Origin: Octopus sinensis
Taxonomy: Eukaryota
Reading direction: 5' to 3'
DNA length: 64,000 nucleotides
Assembly: GCF_006345805.1 (NCBI RefSeq)
Contig: NC_043002.1
Coordinates: 63,798,001 to 63,862,000 of the forward strand
Position numbers and translations under genes: made by a program. The notes beneath the pieces were generated by a model, which searched no databases, was not told where the DNA came from, and saw nothing but the letters and a program-made list of their open reading frames with translations. Positions within the stretch are counted from its first letter, which is position 1; every line of letters starts with the position of its first letter. Below, one piece after another: positions 1 to 11,789 of the stretch.

Positions 1-654
1 TAGAGCAACAAGAAAAATAAAGACTATAGACTGTATTCTAACACCCAATCTCCTCCATTACATAAATATGAATGAATTTTCTGAACTTTGTTTAATAAGT
101 TAAGTCATATACTGATTATTTCTATACAAATTTTTATACCTATACGAATTTATATAAGAAAATTCGAAACTAATGTATGAAGAAAAGACTTTAGAAATCT
201 TAGGAAACATTTTCAATTAAAGGATGACCATATATTCAGCCAGCAATATATATATATATATATATATAATGTATATTATGTATGTGTGACTGTCTATATG
301 TCTGTATGTATCTATGTATGTATGTGTACACACACGCATGTATGTATGTAACTGCGTGTATTCAACTCTCACTGCACACGTGCGTATGTGTCCTTGTGTG
401 TACTGTAAAAGAATGGAAATTTAAGATACATGATACCATCTGTTACCCAGAGTTAAGTGTGAAATTTTAGGTGCAGTTTACCTGAATTCAAGTATATCTA
501 CTTAAATTTTTTTTGTCCTTCTTTGAATGAAGTATTTAACTTCTCAATATGCTTGCAGCATCTTCATGTATGAACAAATATACATATGCATATAATACAT
601 ATGCACACATATACTCACACAAACGCAACAAGCACAGGCACACGCATACACACT

Positions 655-706
<52 letters not shown>

Positions 707-1432
707 CATATAATATATATATATATATAGATATATATATATATATATACATATATAGATATACATTAACATAAGTGTAATATGCATTCATGCATTTATA
801 TATCAAAGTTAATATATATATATGTATATACACCAAAATATAAATACCTGCACATACACATCTACCTCACTATATGTAGATGTATGTGTGTATGTATGCA
901 TAAAACTGTATCTGCAATGTATGCATAAAATATAGCATAAAAACTCAGAGACTTAGAATTATTTTCATATACACATAATGCCAGTAAGCCAGATGCGCCA
1001 AAAAAATGTTCCGAAAGAAATCATTCTATAAACGGTTTAGTTTCGACTCCGTTATTCCAGCTATTTTATTTTGGATAAATATCAATAATCTATTTCTATT
1101 TCTAAAGTTTTCTACGTATTATTTATTTATTGTTTGAATATTTGTTCTATCTATATATGCGTGAATGCTGCCCTATGTATACGTGAATGTGTGTTTGGAC
1201 ATAAAATGTTTTGACTTTTTCATTGTTTCATATGCGTTTATAATGAATGCAAAGTTTACATTATATTCAATCATTCACCCTCAATATTTTCGTCTAACAC
1301 TACACTATATCTGTCCTCTTTCTATGCCATTCATTCTATATACACGCATACATACAAAGACAGACATACACACATATACATATACATATGTATGTATGTA
1401 CGGATGTCTCTGTATTGCATACACGCATACAC

Positions 1433-1464
<32 letters not shown>

Positions 1465-1652
1465 TTACATATATTTATGCGTATACGTATCTTTATATGG
1501 GAGTACTTATGGGACTATCTATATCTGTGAGCATATATGTGAGTGTATGTGGGTGTACTTGTGTGTGGGTATGGGTGTATGTATTAATATAAAAAACAAG
1601 GCATAAAAATTTTCGACAATCGATGACATCTGATCGCAGCTGCAATGTGCTC

Positions 1653-1757
<105 letters not shown>

Positions 1758-1851
1758 TGTATGTATACATGCATTACATATATACATGGATATATATATA
1801 CACGTGTGCTTACACGTACAAATAGAAATATATTTATATATATATGTATAT

Positions 1852-1920
<69 letters not shown>

Positions 1921-2184
1921 AAGAGAGAGAGATAGATAGATAGATGGAGAAAATTTATACGTTTATTTCGACTGAAAAAGAATCAGCGCATGTATTTATG
2001 TCAGCTGGTCATGTGATCAACGTATATACATTCACACACACAACACACACACGCATCCACACACACAAACACACACACACATATGTACACATATATTCAT
2101 ATATGTATTTGTAGGTTATGTATATATATGTGTGTGTATGTGTATGCGTGTGTATGTGTATATATATATATGTGTGTGTGTGTG

Positions 2185-2240
<56 letters not shown>

Positions 2241-2765
2241 GGAATTGTAGAAACAGATATTGCATGTAAAACATATTACAGGAAACATTTTTGTTTTAAA
2301 ATAGGTTTCATGAATCATGTTTGTTTTCAATATTTTACTTGTACCTATTTATCTTATTCTTATCATCGTAACGCATCGCTATTTTCTACCCTTTCTTTTT
2401 CTTGTGGATTCACAGTGGCATTCACGCAAGCAGATGCAAATACACATAGTTACATATTTATCAGTGTATTTATGAATGCGATTGTCTGCCTCTGTGTGTG
2501 TTCGTGTTGATATGTATACTAGTGAGTGCATGGGGGATTATTATGACTGTTCTTTCTGTCTCGTTATGTTTCAGAGATGTTGTCTGAAAAGATGGCGGAC
2601 ACTGTAACATAGAGACGCACCTAAGAGAACTCCTCTTTCTTCATTGTATATATCTTCTGAAGAAAGCCTGTTAAAGCTTCTGAACATTATTAAATGCGAA
2701 TTTAGGAAATTTTCATTTCCAGTTCATCTAAAAGACTGATATGCAAACACATTAAATGTCCCCTC

Positions 2766-2795
2766 TATTATATATATATATATATATAATTATAT

Positions 2796-2841
<46 letters not shown>

Positions 2842-2858
2842 ATATTATATATATATAT

Positions 2859-2923
<65 letters not shown>

Positions 2924-2963
2924 ATATATATATATATATATAATATATATATATACATACATA

Positions 2964-2997
<34 letters not shown>

Positions 2998-3094
2998 ATA
3001 TATATATATACATATATAATATATATATATATATTATATATATATATATAATATATATAAATATATTTATATATATATATATAATATAATATAT

Positions 3095-3147
<53 letters not shown>

Positions 3148-3179
3148 TATATTTAAATATATATATATTATATATATAT

Positions 3180-3210
<31 letters not shown>
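2766..3210. repeat. Long imperfect (TA)n microsatellite
   Basis: About 445 bp of interrupted TA repeats. Confidence 0.97.
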
Positions 3211-3214
3211 TTAT

Positions 3215-3495
3215 AAAGCCACTGTCTCAGTACCATTTTAGATACCCTCTTAAAACCATTCCACGGGCATATCAAAAGCTACATAAGTGACAACGTAGAT
3301 ATGTTCAAATACGTCCCTCAAATAATAAACAAAAGCACCCTACTGGTATTCTACGATGTAGTCAACCTAGGAACAGAGGCAATTCAACTATGCCTAGGGA
3401 ATTAACCCAGGCATAGTTAACTACTTTCTCTTCAAATGCAATTTCTATCGACAAAAATCGGGGATTGCGATAGGTACGAGAATGACCAACCTCTA
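3215..3495 (+). pseudogene. Penelope-like element reverse transcriptase fragment
   Basis: Manual translation gives LDTLLKPFHGHIKSYISDNVDMFKYVPQIINKSTLLVFYDVVNL, then after an internal deletion NYFLFKCNFYRQKSGIAIGTRM. These match PLE RT motifs (LLKP..SYI.D, DV.SL, NYF.F...FYRQ..G.AMG). Starts directly after the (TA)n tract. Confidence 0.7.
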
Positions 3496-4164
3496 AATGT
3501 CTGTACACGTGTTTCCATATCTCTCTCTGTGTGCAGTAAAGTGTATTTGTATATATGATCATGTGTTTCAGTCTCCATTTGTGTATGTGTTATTGTCTGT
3601 TCATATAACCTATGTACCAATCCGTCTGTATGTTGATCTATTTGTTTTCATATCCATATGCTTACACTCATGTGCATACACACATCCACACACAGACACA
3701 CGCATTCATACATCTAACTATATAACAGTCCATTAACTGTTCTACTCTACCTGTGTAAACTGTGGGTATGGAGTTATGATAGCTATATGTAAGTAAGCAT
3801 ATCGATATGAACATAAACAGATCAAAATACAGATGGATACGTATATAGGTTATATGAACAATCAAGCACTCACACGCAAATGGCAGTACTAATTTTGACG
3901 CACATGGTAGAACTTTGGAAGGAGATATGAATCTCACTCGTCTATATAAATGAGGATATGCTGATTAACTTTTATATGTTCTGATGACGCTTGGTCAGAA
4001 ATATAAGAGGTAGGTTCTCCTCGCATTTTCAGATTTATGATTATCGAAATATTATGTTGACATATATATATACATATATATATATACATATATATATATA
4101 CATATATATATGAGTGCGGGACAGCTGAACTCTACCAGATTTTTTTTTTTTCTATGTAATTTCG

Positions 4165-4250
4165 TTTATTCCTTTCCGTCGAACAGCGAAGGCTCGAAAC
4201 GTAAAGGATTTTTCCATTTCAGCTGAGCGTCAACCTAATGCACTTGCTTG
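4165..4250 (+). mobile_element. Degenerate PLE 3' end (pLTR) remnant with decayed hammerhead motif
   Basis: cctttCCGTCGAAcagcgaaggctcGAAACGTAaagg aligns with the PLE end at 15856-15893. Confidence 0.55.
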
Positions 4251-4281
4251 ATTTTCTATATGTTTATATTATATATGCATG

Positions 4282-4320
<39 letters not shown>

Positions 4321-4350
4321 TATATATTATATACATATAATTATATATAC

Positions 4351-4738
4351 AGGCGCAGGTGTAGGTGTGTTGTAAGAAGCTTGCTGACTAACCACATGGT
4401 TCCAACTTCAGTCCCACTGCGTGGTAGCTTGGACAGGTGTCTTCTATTATAGCTTCGGCCGACCAAAGCCTTGTGAGTGGATTTGGCAGATGAAAACTGA
4501 AAGAAGCTCGTCATATATATATTTGTATATATGCCTGAATATGTTTTTACTTTGTGTCTGCGTTTGTCACACCAACTCTCACTTGACAACCGATGCTGGT
4601 GTGTTTGTCTCCGTCAGCTATCGGCATAGGTTCGGCAAAAAGTGACCGATAGAATGAGTACTAGCTTTACAAAGAATAAATCATGGGGTCGACTAGAAGG
4701 GGCTCCAGGATGGCTGCAGTCACGAGTGAAACAAGTAA
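4351..4738 (+). mobile_element. tRNA-derived SINE, family A (octopus-type, internal microsatellite)
   Basis: Head aggcgcagg...ggttccaacttcagtccc, body ggccgaccaaagccttgtgagtggatttgg, tail tggctgcagtc...gaaacaagtaaa. The same family recurs at least 5 times in the window. Confidence 0.8.
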
Positions 4739-4821
4739 ATGGGCATATATATGTTAATACTTTGCTTATGCTACATCTCCCCGTGTGTTTGATTGTTTCT
4801 TTTTTCCTGTTTCTTTTATTT

Positions 4822-4876
<55 letters not shown>

Positions 4877-4902
4877 TATATAAAATACATATATATATAT
4901 AT

Positions 4903-5057
4903 CATCATCATCATCATCGCTTAACGTCCGCTTTCCACGCTAGCATGGTTTGGACGGTTCGACTGGGGTCTGGGAAACCAGGAGGCGGCACCAGGCCCAG
5001 TCTGATATGGCAGTGTTTCTATAGCTGGATGCCCTTCCTAACGCCAACCACTCCGTG
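4903..5057 (-). mobile_element. RTE-type LINE/SINE 3' tail ending in (ATG)n
   Basis: (CAT)n followed by cgcttaacgtccgctttccacgctagcatgg...ggatgcccttcctaacgcc, a typical RTE 3' end read on the minus strand. Confidence 0.6.
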
Positions 5058-5277
5058 AATGTACACCATATATATATTTGTGTGTGTTTATGTGTGTATA
5101 TAATTGAATAGGGTGGACTGAGAAAAGATGTCCAGAGGGACATGCATTTGTAATCAGTATACTTGTTGCGATCCTAAATAATCGTTCTTCTCTAATCCTT
5201 GTTGCTGCCAACTTATTCATATATTCATTCACACACAACAGAGGCCCCAACACATATCTACTTATATATATATAATA

Positions 5278-5316
<39 letters not shown>

Positions 5317-5566
5317 AGTAGATTTGTGTTGGGGCCTCTGTTGTGTGTGAATGAATATATGAATAAGTTGGCAGCAACGAGGATTAGAGAGGAACGATTA
5401 TTTAGGATCGCAACAAGTATACTGATTACAAATGCATGTCCCTCTGGACATCTTTTCTCAGTCCACCCTATTCAATTATATACACACATAAACACACACA
5501 AATATATATATGGTGTACACTCACGGAGTGGTTGGCGTTAGGAAGGGCATCCAGCTATAGAAACAC

Positions 5567-5574
<8 letters not shown>
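5005..5574. repeat. Fold-back inverted duplication of about 259 bp around a (TA)n spacer
   Basis: 5005-5263 is the reverse complement of 5316-5574 with 2 mismatches seen. The spacer 5264-5315 is TA-rich. ORFs 5038-5253(-) and 5326-5541(+) encode identical peptides. Confidence 0.97.
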
Positions 5575-5608
<34 letters not shown>

Positions 5609-5763
5609 GTTATGCTATCGTCGGTTAGCAATGGGTGAAATCTGAAGGTGGACGAGCTTTATGAAATACTTCACTACTTCCTTAACGGAGTATAACCTAA
5701 CTACATATATATACTACATACTTACATGTATACATACATACATACATACATACATACATACAT

Positions 5764-5807
<44 letters not shown>

Positions 5808-6371
5808 ATGTGTGTGTATTTGTTTGTATATATATAAATATATGTATCATTGCATATTTGTACATAAATGTGTATATATATTAGTATATATGTTGTGGAC
5901 ATTCAATAATGAGTAAATGTAAAGTGTAATTTTCGTGTTTGGTTTCGAAAGCACAAACAACTCTGAAGTTGAAGCCACCAAACAGTGTAAAATATCTAAA
6001 CTAATTTAATTTCTCCATTCGTGATGGAAATCTTTTAAATTATGACGAAACATCGTAAATAAAATTAAACTAACGCAGAAGTAACATCACACAAAACGTT
6101 TATAATGTCAATGTAATAAACAACTACATCTGATACAAGAAGAAAAAAAGCATATATGTATGAATATATATTAGTATTAATAGTTGCTTTTTTGTAATAT
6201 ATATATATAAATGTATAAATATTTGTATCTATACATCAACGTATTCTTATTCGTATATTCTGTCACACACGCGTGCGTACAATCATACACGCTCAGGCAC
6301 ACACAATCATACACAGAGACAAATATACGTGTGTCCGTTTGTGCGTGGGTATGCGTTGTGATCCCGTAAAC

Positions 6372-6626
<255 letters not shown>

Positions 6627-7555
6627 CATGCATACACACACACTACCTACCTACATACAGAGAAATATGCATTAATCTAGATATATAGAGATACAAATAG
6701 AATAAATTGATTTTTCTATGAATATAGGGACTTTCAGAAAACATTCCAGATATCATTATGATAACAAGAAGGAAAAGATCAAGAGTAATAACAACATTAG
6801 TAAATTTAATATTAACATGATATATATATTTATTACTGTTAATATTATTTATAATACGTTGCTCATTTATAGTATTTTTTGTCCGTGACGGTTTTCGTAA
6901 TAACATAGGAAATGAAAGTAAAGACAATAATACTTTCAAACTATTAACTATTAAACTTCAAACTTTTGTATATTTACTGCCAGACTACTAAATAAACAGT
7001 ATATTTGTTTCATTTTAATTTTATAAATATATACATAGTTACGTACAAATAGCTACAATTTTCAATAACCAAACATGTTGAAATCACTGAGAATTTGAAA
7101 GACATATGAAAATATACACCATACAAAATATGTGTCTCTCTGCCAACCATTCTTTCTCTCTCCATATATATATATATAAACCAATTTAAATGCACAACCG
7201 AAAAAGCTACTAACTGTTTCATGATATTATGAAACTCCAACAGTCTTATTTATAAGATACACCATGTATCTTAATGTAATCTTTCAGGCTCAGCTCATGG
7301 TATATATATAATATATATATATATATATAATTAATCAATATAGGGTGGCAAGGAAAATTTTGTAGAATTTTATTGCCACCAGCGGCCCAGCGGGAAAAAA
7401 ATTAAATAGTCATAGACCATTTTTAAGTTCAACATTAACAATTAAGGAACGGCCATAATAGGCCATTCACCCACTAGAAATAACAGCCAAAGCTTCTACC
7501 GCAAATAAAGATTAATTCCGTAAACAGGAGAAAATTAAAAAACATTTACCCTGTA

Positions 7556-7662
7556 ATTTCTTGTACGGTATACCGTTTCATCCGCTGTTTAATGGTATAC
7601 TAACCTGATTAAATTAAATCAAGCCAATCTTCCATAAGCCCTCGGATTCTTCAGCAAGAAAT
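7556..7662 (-). ncRNA. Type I hammerhead ribozyme, canonical core, long stem II
   Basis: Minus strand reads AUUUCUUG-CUGAAGA-AUCCG-(58 nt)-CGGAU-GAAAC-GGUAUACC-GUA-CAAGAAAU. This gives an 8-bp stem I, a 5-bp stem II base, and stem III within the palindrome ACGGUAUACCGU. Predicted cut between 7564 and 7563. Confidence 0.9.
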
Positions 7663-8046
7663 AGCTCAAGACGGAACAGATATATACACGAGGCATACCC
7701 AATCTTGCCAAGTCAATATCTGACCTAAAATTTTCAAATCGTCGCACTCGCGCCAAATTTATCGGCAGCAAATAAATATCAGCCGTCGATTCCATTACGG
7801 AATTAACCAAAAAATTCATAATTAATCAATATAGGGTGGCAAGGAAAATTTTGTAGAATTTTATTGCCACCAGCGGCCCAGCGGGAAAAAAATAAATAGT
7901 CATAGACCATTTTTAAGTTCAACATTAACAATTAAGGAACGGCCATAATAGGCCATTCACCCACTAGAAATAACAGCCAAAGCTTCTACCGCAAATAAAG
8001 ATTAATTCCGTAAACAGGAGAAAATTAAAAAAACATTTACCCTGTA

Positions 8047-8153
8047 ATTTCTTGTACGGTATACCGTTTCATCCGCTGTTTAATGGTATACTAACCTGAT
8101 TAAATTAAATCAAGCCAATCTTCCATAAGCCCTCGGATTCTTCAGCAAGAAAT
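8047..8153 (-). ncRNA. Type I hammerhead ribozyme, second copy
   Basis: Identical to 7556-7662. The element's 5' end coincides with the first base of stem I. Predicted cut between 8055 and 8054. Confidence 0.9.
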
Positions 8154-8376
8154 ATATATATATATATATATATATATGCGAATATAAGCAAAAAGGGTAG
8201 TAATATTATTTACTACCAGGTGCCCAGCACAAAAGACGAATTAGTCATAAGACAAAAATATTATTCATGTAGTTATACAATTAAGGGCTCCTAAATTAAG
8301 ATGCCGAGTGCTGGGAACACAAAAAGGGGATGAATTTATCGAGAGTGAAAATCAAAAACGTTTACCGATAACTTTA

Positions 8377-8456
8377 ACAACTCGAACCGCGGTTTCTACT
8401 TCTTTCTAGCAAAACACAGAATATGTTTGCTAAGGCTAGCTTCGTCAGCGAGTCGC
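8377..8456 (-). ncRNA. Hammerhead-like motif in the inverted 454-bp copy
   Basis: Reverse complement reads GCGACUCG-CUGACGA-(45 nt)-GAAAC-CGCG-GUU-CGAGUUGU. Confidence 0.65.
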
Positions 8457-8896
8457 CTAAATTGAATCGAGGTCTGCAGCGATGTGGGACCATGTGTTGA
8501 TCTCGACTACTAGCAGATCTTAACTTTTCAAATCTCTGCGCAGACGCAAAACTTACACGGCAGTATAGGGCATGCCGTGTGTTCCCAGCACTCGGCATCT
8601 TAATTTAGGAGCCCTTAATTGTATAACTACATGAATAATATTTTTCTATATGAATAATATTTTTGTCTTATGACTAATTCGTCTTTTGTGCTGGGCACCT
8701 GGTAGTAAATAATATTACTACCCTTCTTGCTTATATTCGCATATTACATGATGGATTTATTCGTAAAATTCTTCCCGGCATGCCCTATACTGCCGTGTAA
8801 GTTTTGCGTCTGCGCAGAGATTTGAAAAGTTAAGATCTGCTAGTAGTCGAGATCAACACATGGTCCCACATCGCTGCAGACCTCGATTCAATTTAG

Positions 8897-8976
8897 GCGA
8901 TTCGCTGACGAAGCTAGCCTTAGCAAACATATTCTGTGTTTTGCTAGAAAGAAGCAGAAACCGCGGTTCGAGTTGT
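8897..8976 (+). ncRNA. Type I hammerhead-like motif (454-bp unit, copy 1)
   Basis: GCGAUUCG-CUGACGA-AGCU...hairpin UAGCAAA/UUUGCUA...AGCA-GAAAC-CGCG-GUU-CGAGUUGU. Stem I is 7-8 bp with GU pairs and the palindrome is ACCGCGGU. The stem II base has an A.A mismatch. Confidence 0.7.
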
Positions 8977-9350
8977 TAAAGTTATCGGTAAACGTTTTTG
9001 ATTTTCACTCTCGATAAATTCATCCCCTTTCTGTGTTCCCAGCACTCGGCATCTTAATTTAGGAGCCCTTAATTGTATAACTACATGAATAATATTTTGC
9101 TGTATGAATAATATTTTTGTCTTATGACTAATTCGTCTTTTGTGCTGGGCACCTGGTAGTAAATAATATTACTACCCTTCTTGCTTATATTTGCATATTA
9201 CATGATGGATTTATTCGTAAAATTCTTCCCGGCATGCCCTATACTGCCGTGTAAGTTTTGCGTCTGCGCAGAGATTTGAAAAGTTAAGATCTGCTAGTAG
9301 TCGAGATCAACACATGGTCCCACATCGCTGCAGACCTCGATTCAATTTAG

Positions 9351-9430
9351 GCGACTCGCTGACGAAGCTAGCCTTAGCAAACATATTCTGTGTTTTGCTA
9401 GAAAGAAGCAGAAACCGCGGTTCGAGTTGT
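9351..9430 (+). ncRNA. Type I hammerhead-like motif (454-bp unit, copy 2)
   Basis: GCGACUCG-CUGACGA-(45 nt)-GAAAC-CGCG-GUU-CGAGUUGU, exactly 454 nt after copy 1. Confidence 0.72.
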
Positions 9431-9931
9431 TAAAGTTATCGGTAAACGTTTTTGATTTTCACTCTCGATAAATTCATCCCCTTTTTATATATATATATAT
9501 ATATATATATGATAAAGACGCTCAGCAGTAAGAAACTAAGAAAAGAATGTGAAGAAAATTAGTACATAAAATGGAAATAGAAAAAAAAGAAGAGGAATTG
9601 TAGCCTTCTTGATTTCGCTTCTTTCTTCCATATTTTGCACAAACCTTTTTCACATATTTTCTAATTAAGAAAATGACATTAATGTCCAGCGCACATTTTT
9701 TTTTTTCAAATATATGTACCGTAGAGATTGATCCAGGAAGATTATTTTATGTTACATGGCGCTATTTATAAATATACTTAGCACTGCTCATCCATATGCA
9801 GCCTTGTGTCTCGGAAGACAAGTTTCTAGATTCAATCGCATGGCCATCCATGACTGAAACGAGTCTTTATCCTATGTATATATACTTATATAAATACGTA
9901 CGTGTATATATATATAATATATATAATATAT

Positions 9932-9975
<44 letters not shown>

Positions 9976-10189
9976 ATATATATTAGAGTGTATAACGATT
10001 TATAGACGTATTAGAGATGGCTCATAACAAGATTTCTTATATGCTAAAACGGGCAGTTAATTATATACTCGAATTTTGCTATTTATGACAAAATAAATTT
10101 ATTTGCTGTATCCTCAGTAGTACCGCTAAAAGATGAATAATTATGTAGCTGAAACATGTACATATATATTAGCTACTACAACCATATTT

Positions 10190-10349
10190 TTCTCTCCTTG
10201 TTTCTGTCCTTGTTTTTTCTGTGTCCCTTTCTGTAGAAGAGCGTACGGTCGAGACATAAAATTTTTTTATTCCTGAGTGTTATACTAATACCCTGTTTGT
10301 TTTGTACACCACCTATCTTCGTATTTTGCTTTTTTCGTAAACTCTCCCT
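10190..10349 (+). mobile_element. Degenerate PLE 3' end (pLTR) ending in (TA)n
   Basis: ccctttCTGTAGAAgagcgtacggtcgagac...ttcgtaaactctccc followed by (TA)n. Aligns with 15820-15991. Confidence 0.7.
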
Positions 10350-10409
10350 ATATATATATATATGTATATATATATATTATATATATATATATATATATTA
10401 TATATATGT

Positions 10410-10446
<37 letters not shown>

Positions 10447-11127
10447 TGTATGTGTGTGTGTGTGTGTGTGTGTATCATAAATAACATATAATAGGCATGC
10501 ATATATGGGTACAGGACGTCACCAACGGTGCAAATAACATGAAATACTGAAACAACGATTAAACTGGAGTATTGAACAAGTTTTACACAGAGGAAGGACT
10601 CTTCATCAGTTGTCGGCTGTCTATCCTCATTTTGCTCACTCAACAACATGAGTCTTGAAAGATAGTTGATCCCATAAATTCTAAAATTAAATTTAGGATT
10701 TATGGTGGGTGTAAATTGGGAACAAAAATATGACAATGGCGACATATAAGGAAACCGAACGAAAAAACGTAGAGGGTCGTTAGAACAGAATGAGAGGAAA
10801 ATACTGTACGCTGAGAGAAACATTTTTTGAAAAAGAGATGGAAGGGAGAAAGAGAAAAAACACATCTGTTATTTTCAACATTTTTTGCGGGATAAAAAGA
10901 TTGTCTCGTGAAGAAAAGAAATATGCACAATGTGCAAGGAGAGGGAGAAAAAGAGACAAAATAAATGTGGGGGAGGGAGAGGCAGATAGGAAATGGTGAA
11001 GGAGGGAGGGGGAGAGATAGAGGATTTGAGAAGGATGGAGGAAGAGAACATATAGGTTAGAGAGTCGTATCCAAAAGATGAAGAGAAACTTGCCTGGAAT
11101 TGGATGTATATACATACATATATACAT

Positions 11128-11192
<65 letters not shown>

Positions 11193-11369
11193 AATTTATA
11201 TGTAAGGGCAAAAGAAAAAAATTCTAATGCCAATATATGCCGAAAATAGACACAACGTCAATAACCATGTAATTTATCACTACAAGCACGCGTCTCGAAG
11301 AAAGCCGACCCAGTCACATATACAATTATATACAAAGACAAACAAGCGGCACTAGTTATATACATGCTC

Positions 11370-11530
11370 TTTTACTCTTTTGCTCTTTTATTTGTTTCAG
11401 TCATTTGACTGTGGCCATGCTGGGGCACTGCCTTTAGTCGAGCGAATCGGCACCAGCATCGGTTGTCAAGCGATGGTGGGGGACAAATACAGAAACACAA
11501 ACATATACAGACATACACACACACACACAC

Positions 11531-11598
<68 letters not shown>

Positions 11599-11735
11599 CA
11601 GGCTTCTTTCAGTTTCCGTCTACCAAATCCACTCCCAAGTATTTGGTCGGCCCGAGGCTCTAGTAGAAAACACTTGCCCAAGGTACCACGCAGCGGTACT
11701 GAACCCGGAACCATGTGTTTTGTAAGAAAGCTGCT
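11370..11735 (-). mobile_element. SINE family A
   Basis: Reverse complement of the family A head, body and tail, with an internal (CA)n/(TA)n and an internal deletion. Confidence 0.8.
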
Positions 11736-11789
11736 TTATTTCATCGAATTGATCATGAAGGTCGAACATAGATACAGGTAGCTGCAGGC

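Larger units (their letters stand above)
7329..8154 (-). mobile_element. 491-bp tandem unit (about 1.7 copies) with two type I hammerhead ribozymes; retrozyme-like element
   Basis: 7329-7819 is repeated as 7820-8154 with only two 1-nt indels seen. (TA)n flanks both sides. An HHR is present in each copy. Confidence 0.85.
8174..9485 (+). mobile_element. 454-bp unit array: inverted permuted copy plus two direct copies, HHR-bearing, retrozyme/PLE-pLTR-like
   Basis: Direct copies at 8578-9031 and 9032-9485. An inverted copy at 8174-8577 spans the unit junction. Copies differ by a few substitutions and a short internal duplication. (TA)n flanks both sides. Confidence 0.85.

Noticed and set aside
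2645-2680. CTGAAGA-AAGC...GCTT as a hammerhead
   Set aside because: No GAAA box or NUH site follows stem II.
3975-4010. CTGATGA...GAAATATA as a hammerhead
   Set aside because: Stem II and stem I do not pair convincingly.
7329-9485. CRISPR array or plain satellite interpretation
   Set aside because: The units are hundreds of bp with no spacers, the context is eukaryotic, and the copy number is low with embedded HHR folds.
11285-11315. GAGAC-GC-GTG on the minus strand as a decayed hammerhead
   Set aside because: Both core boxes are mutated and there is no stem support.
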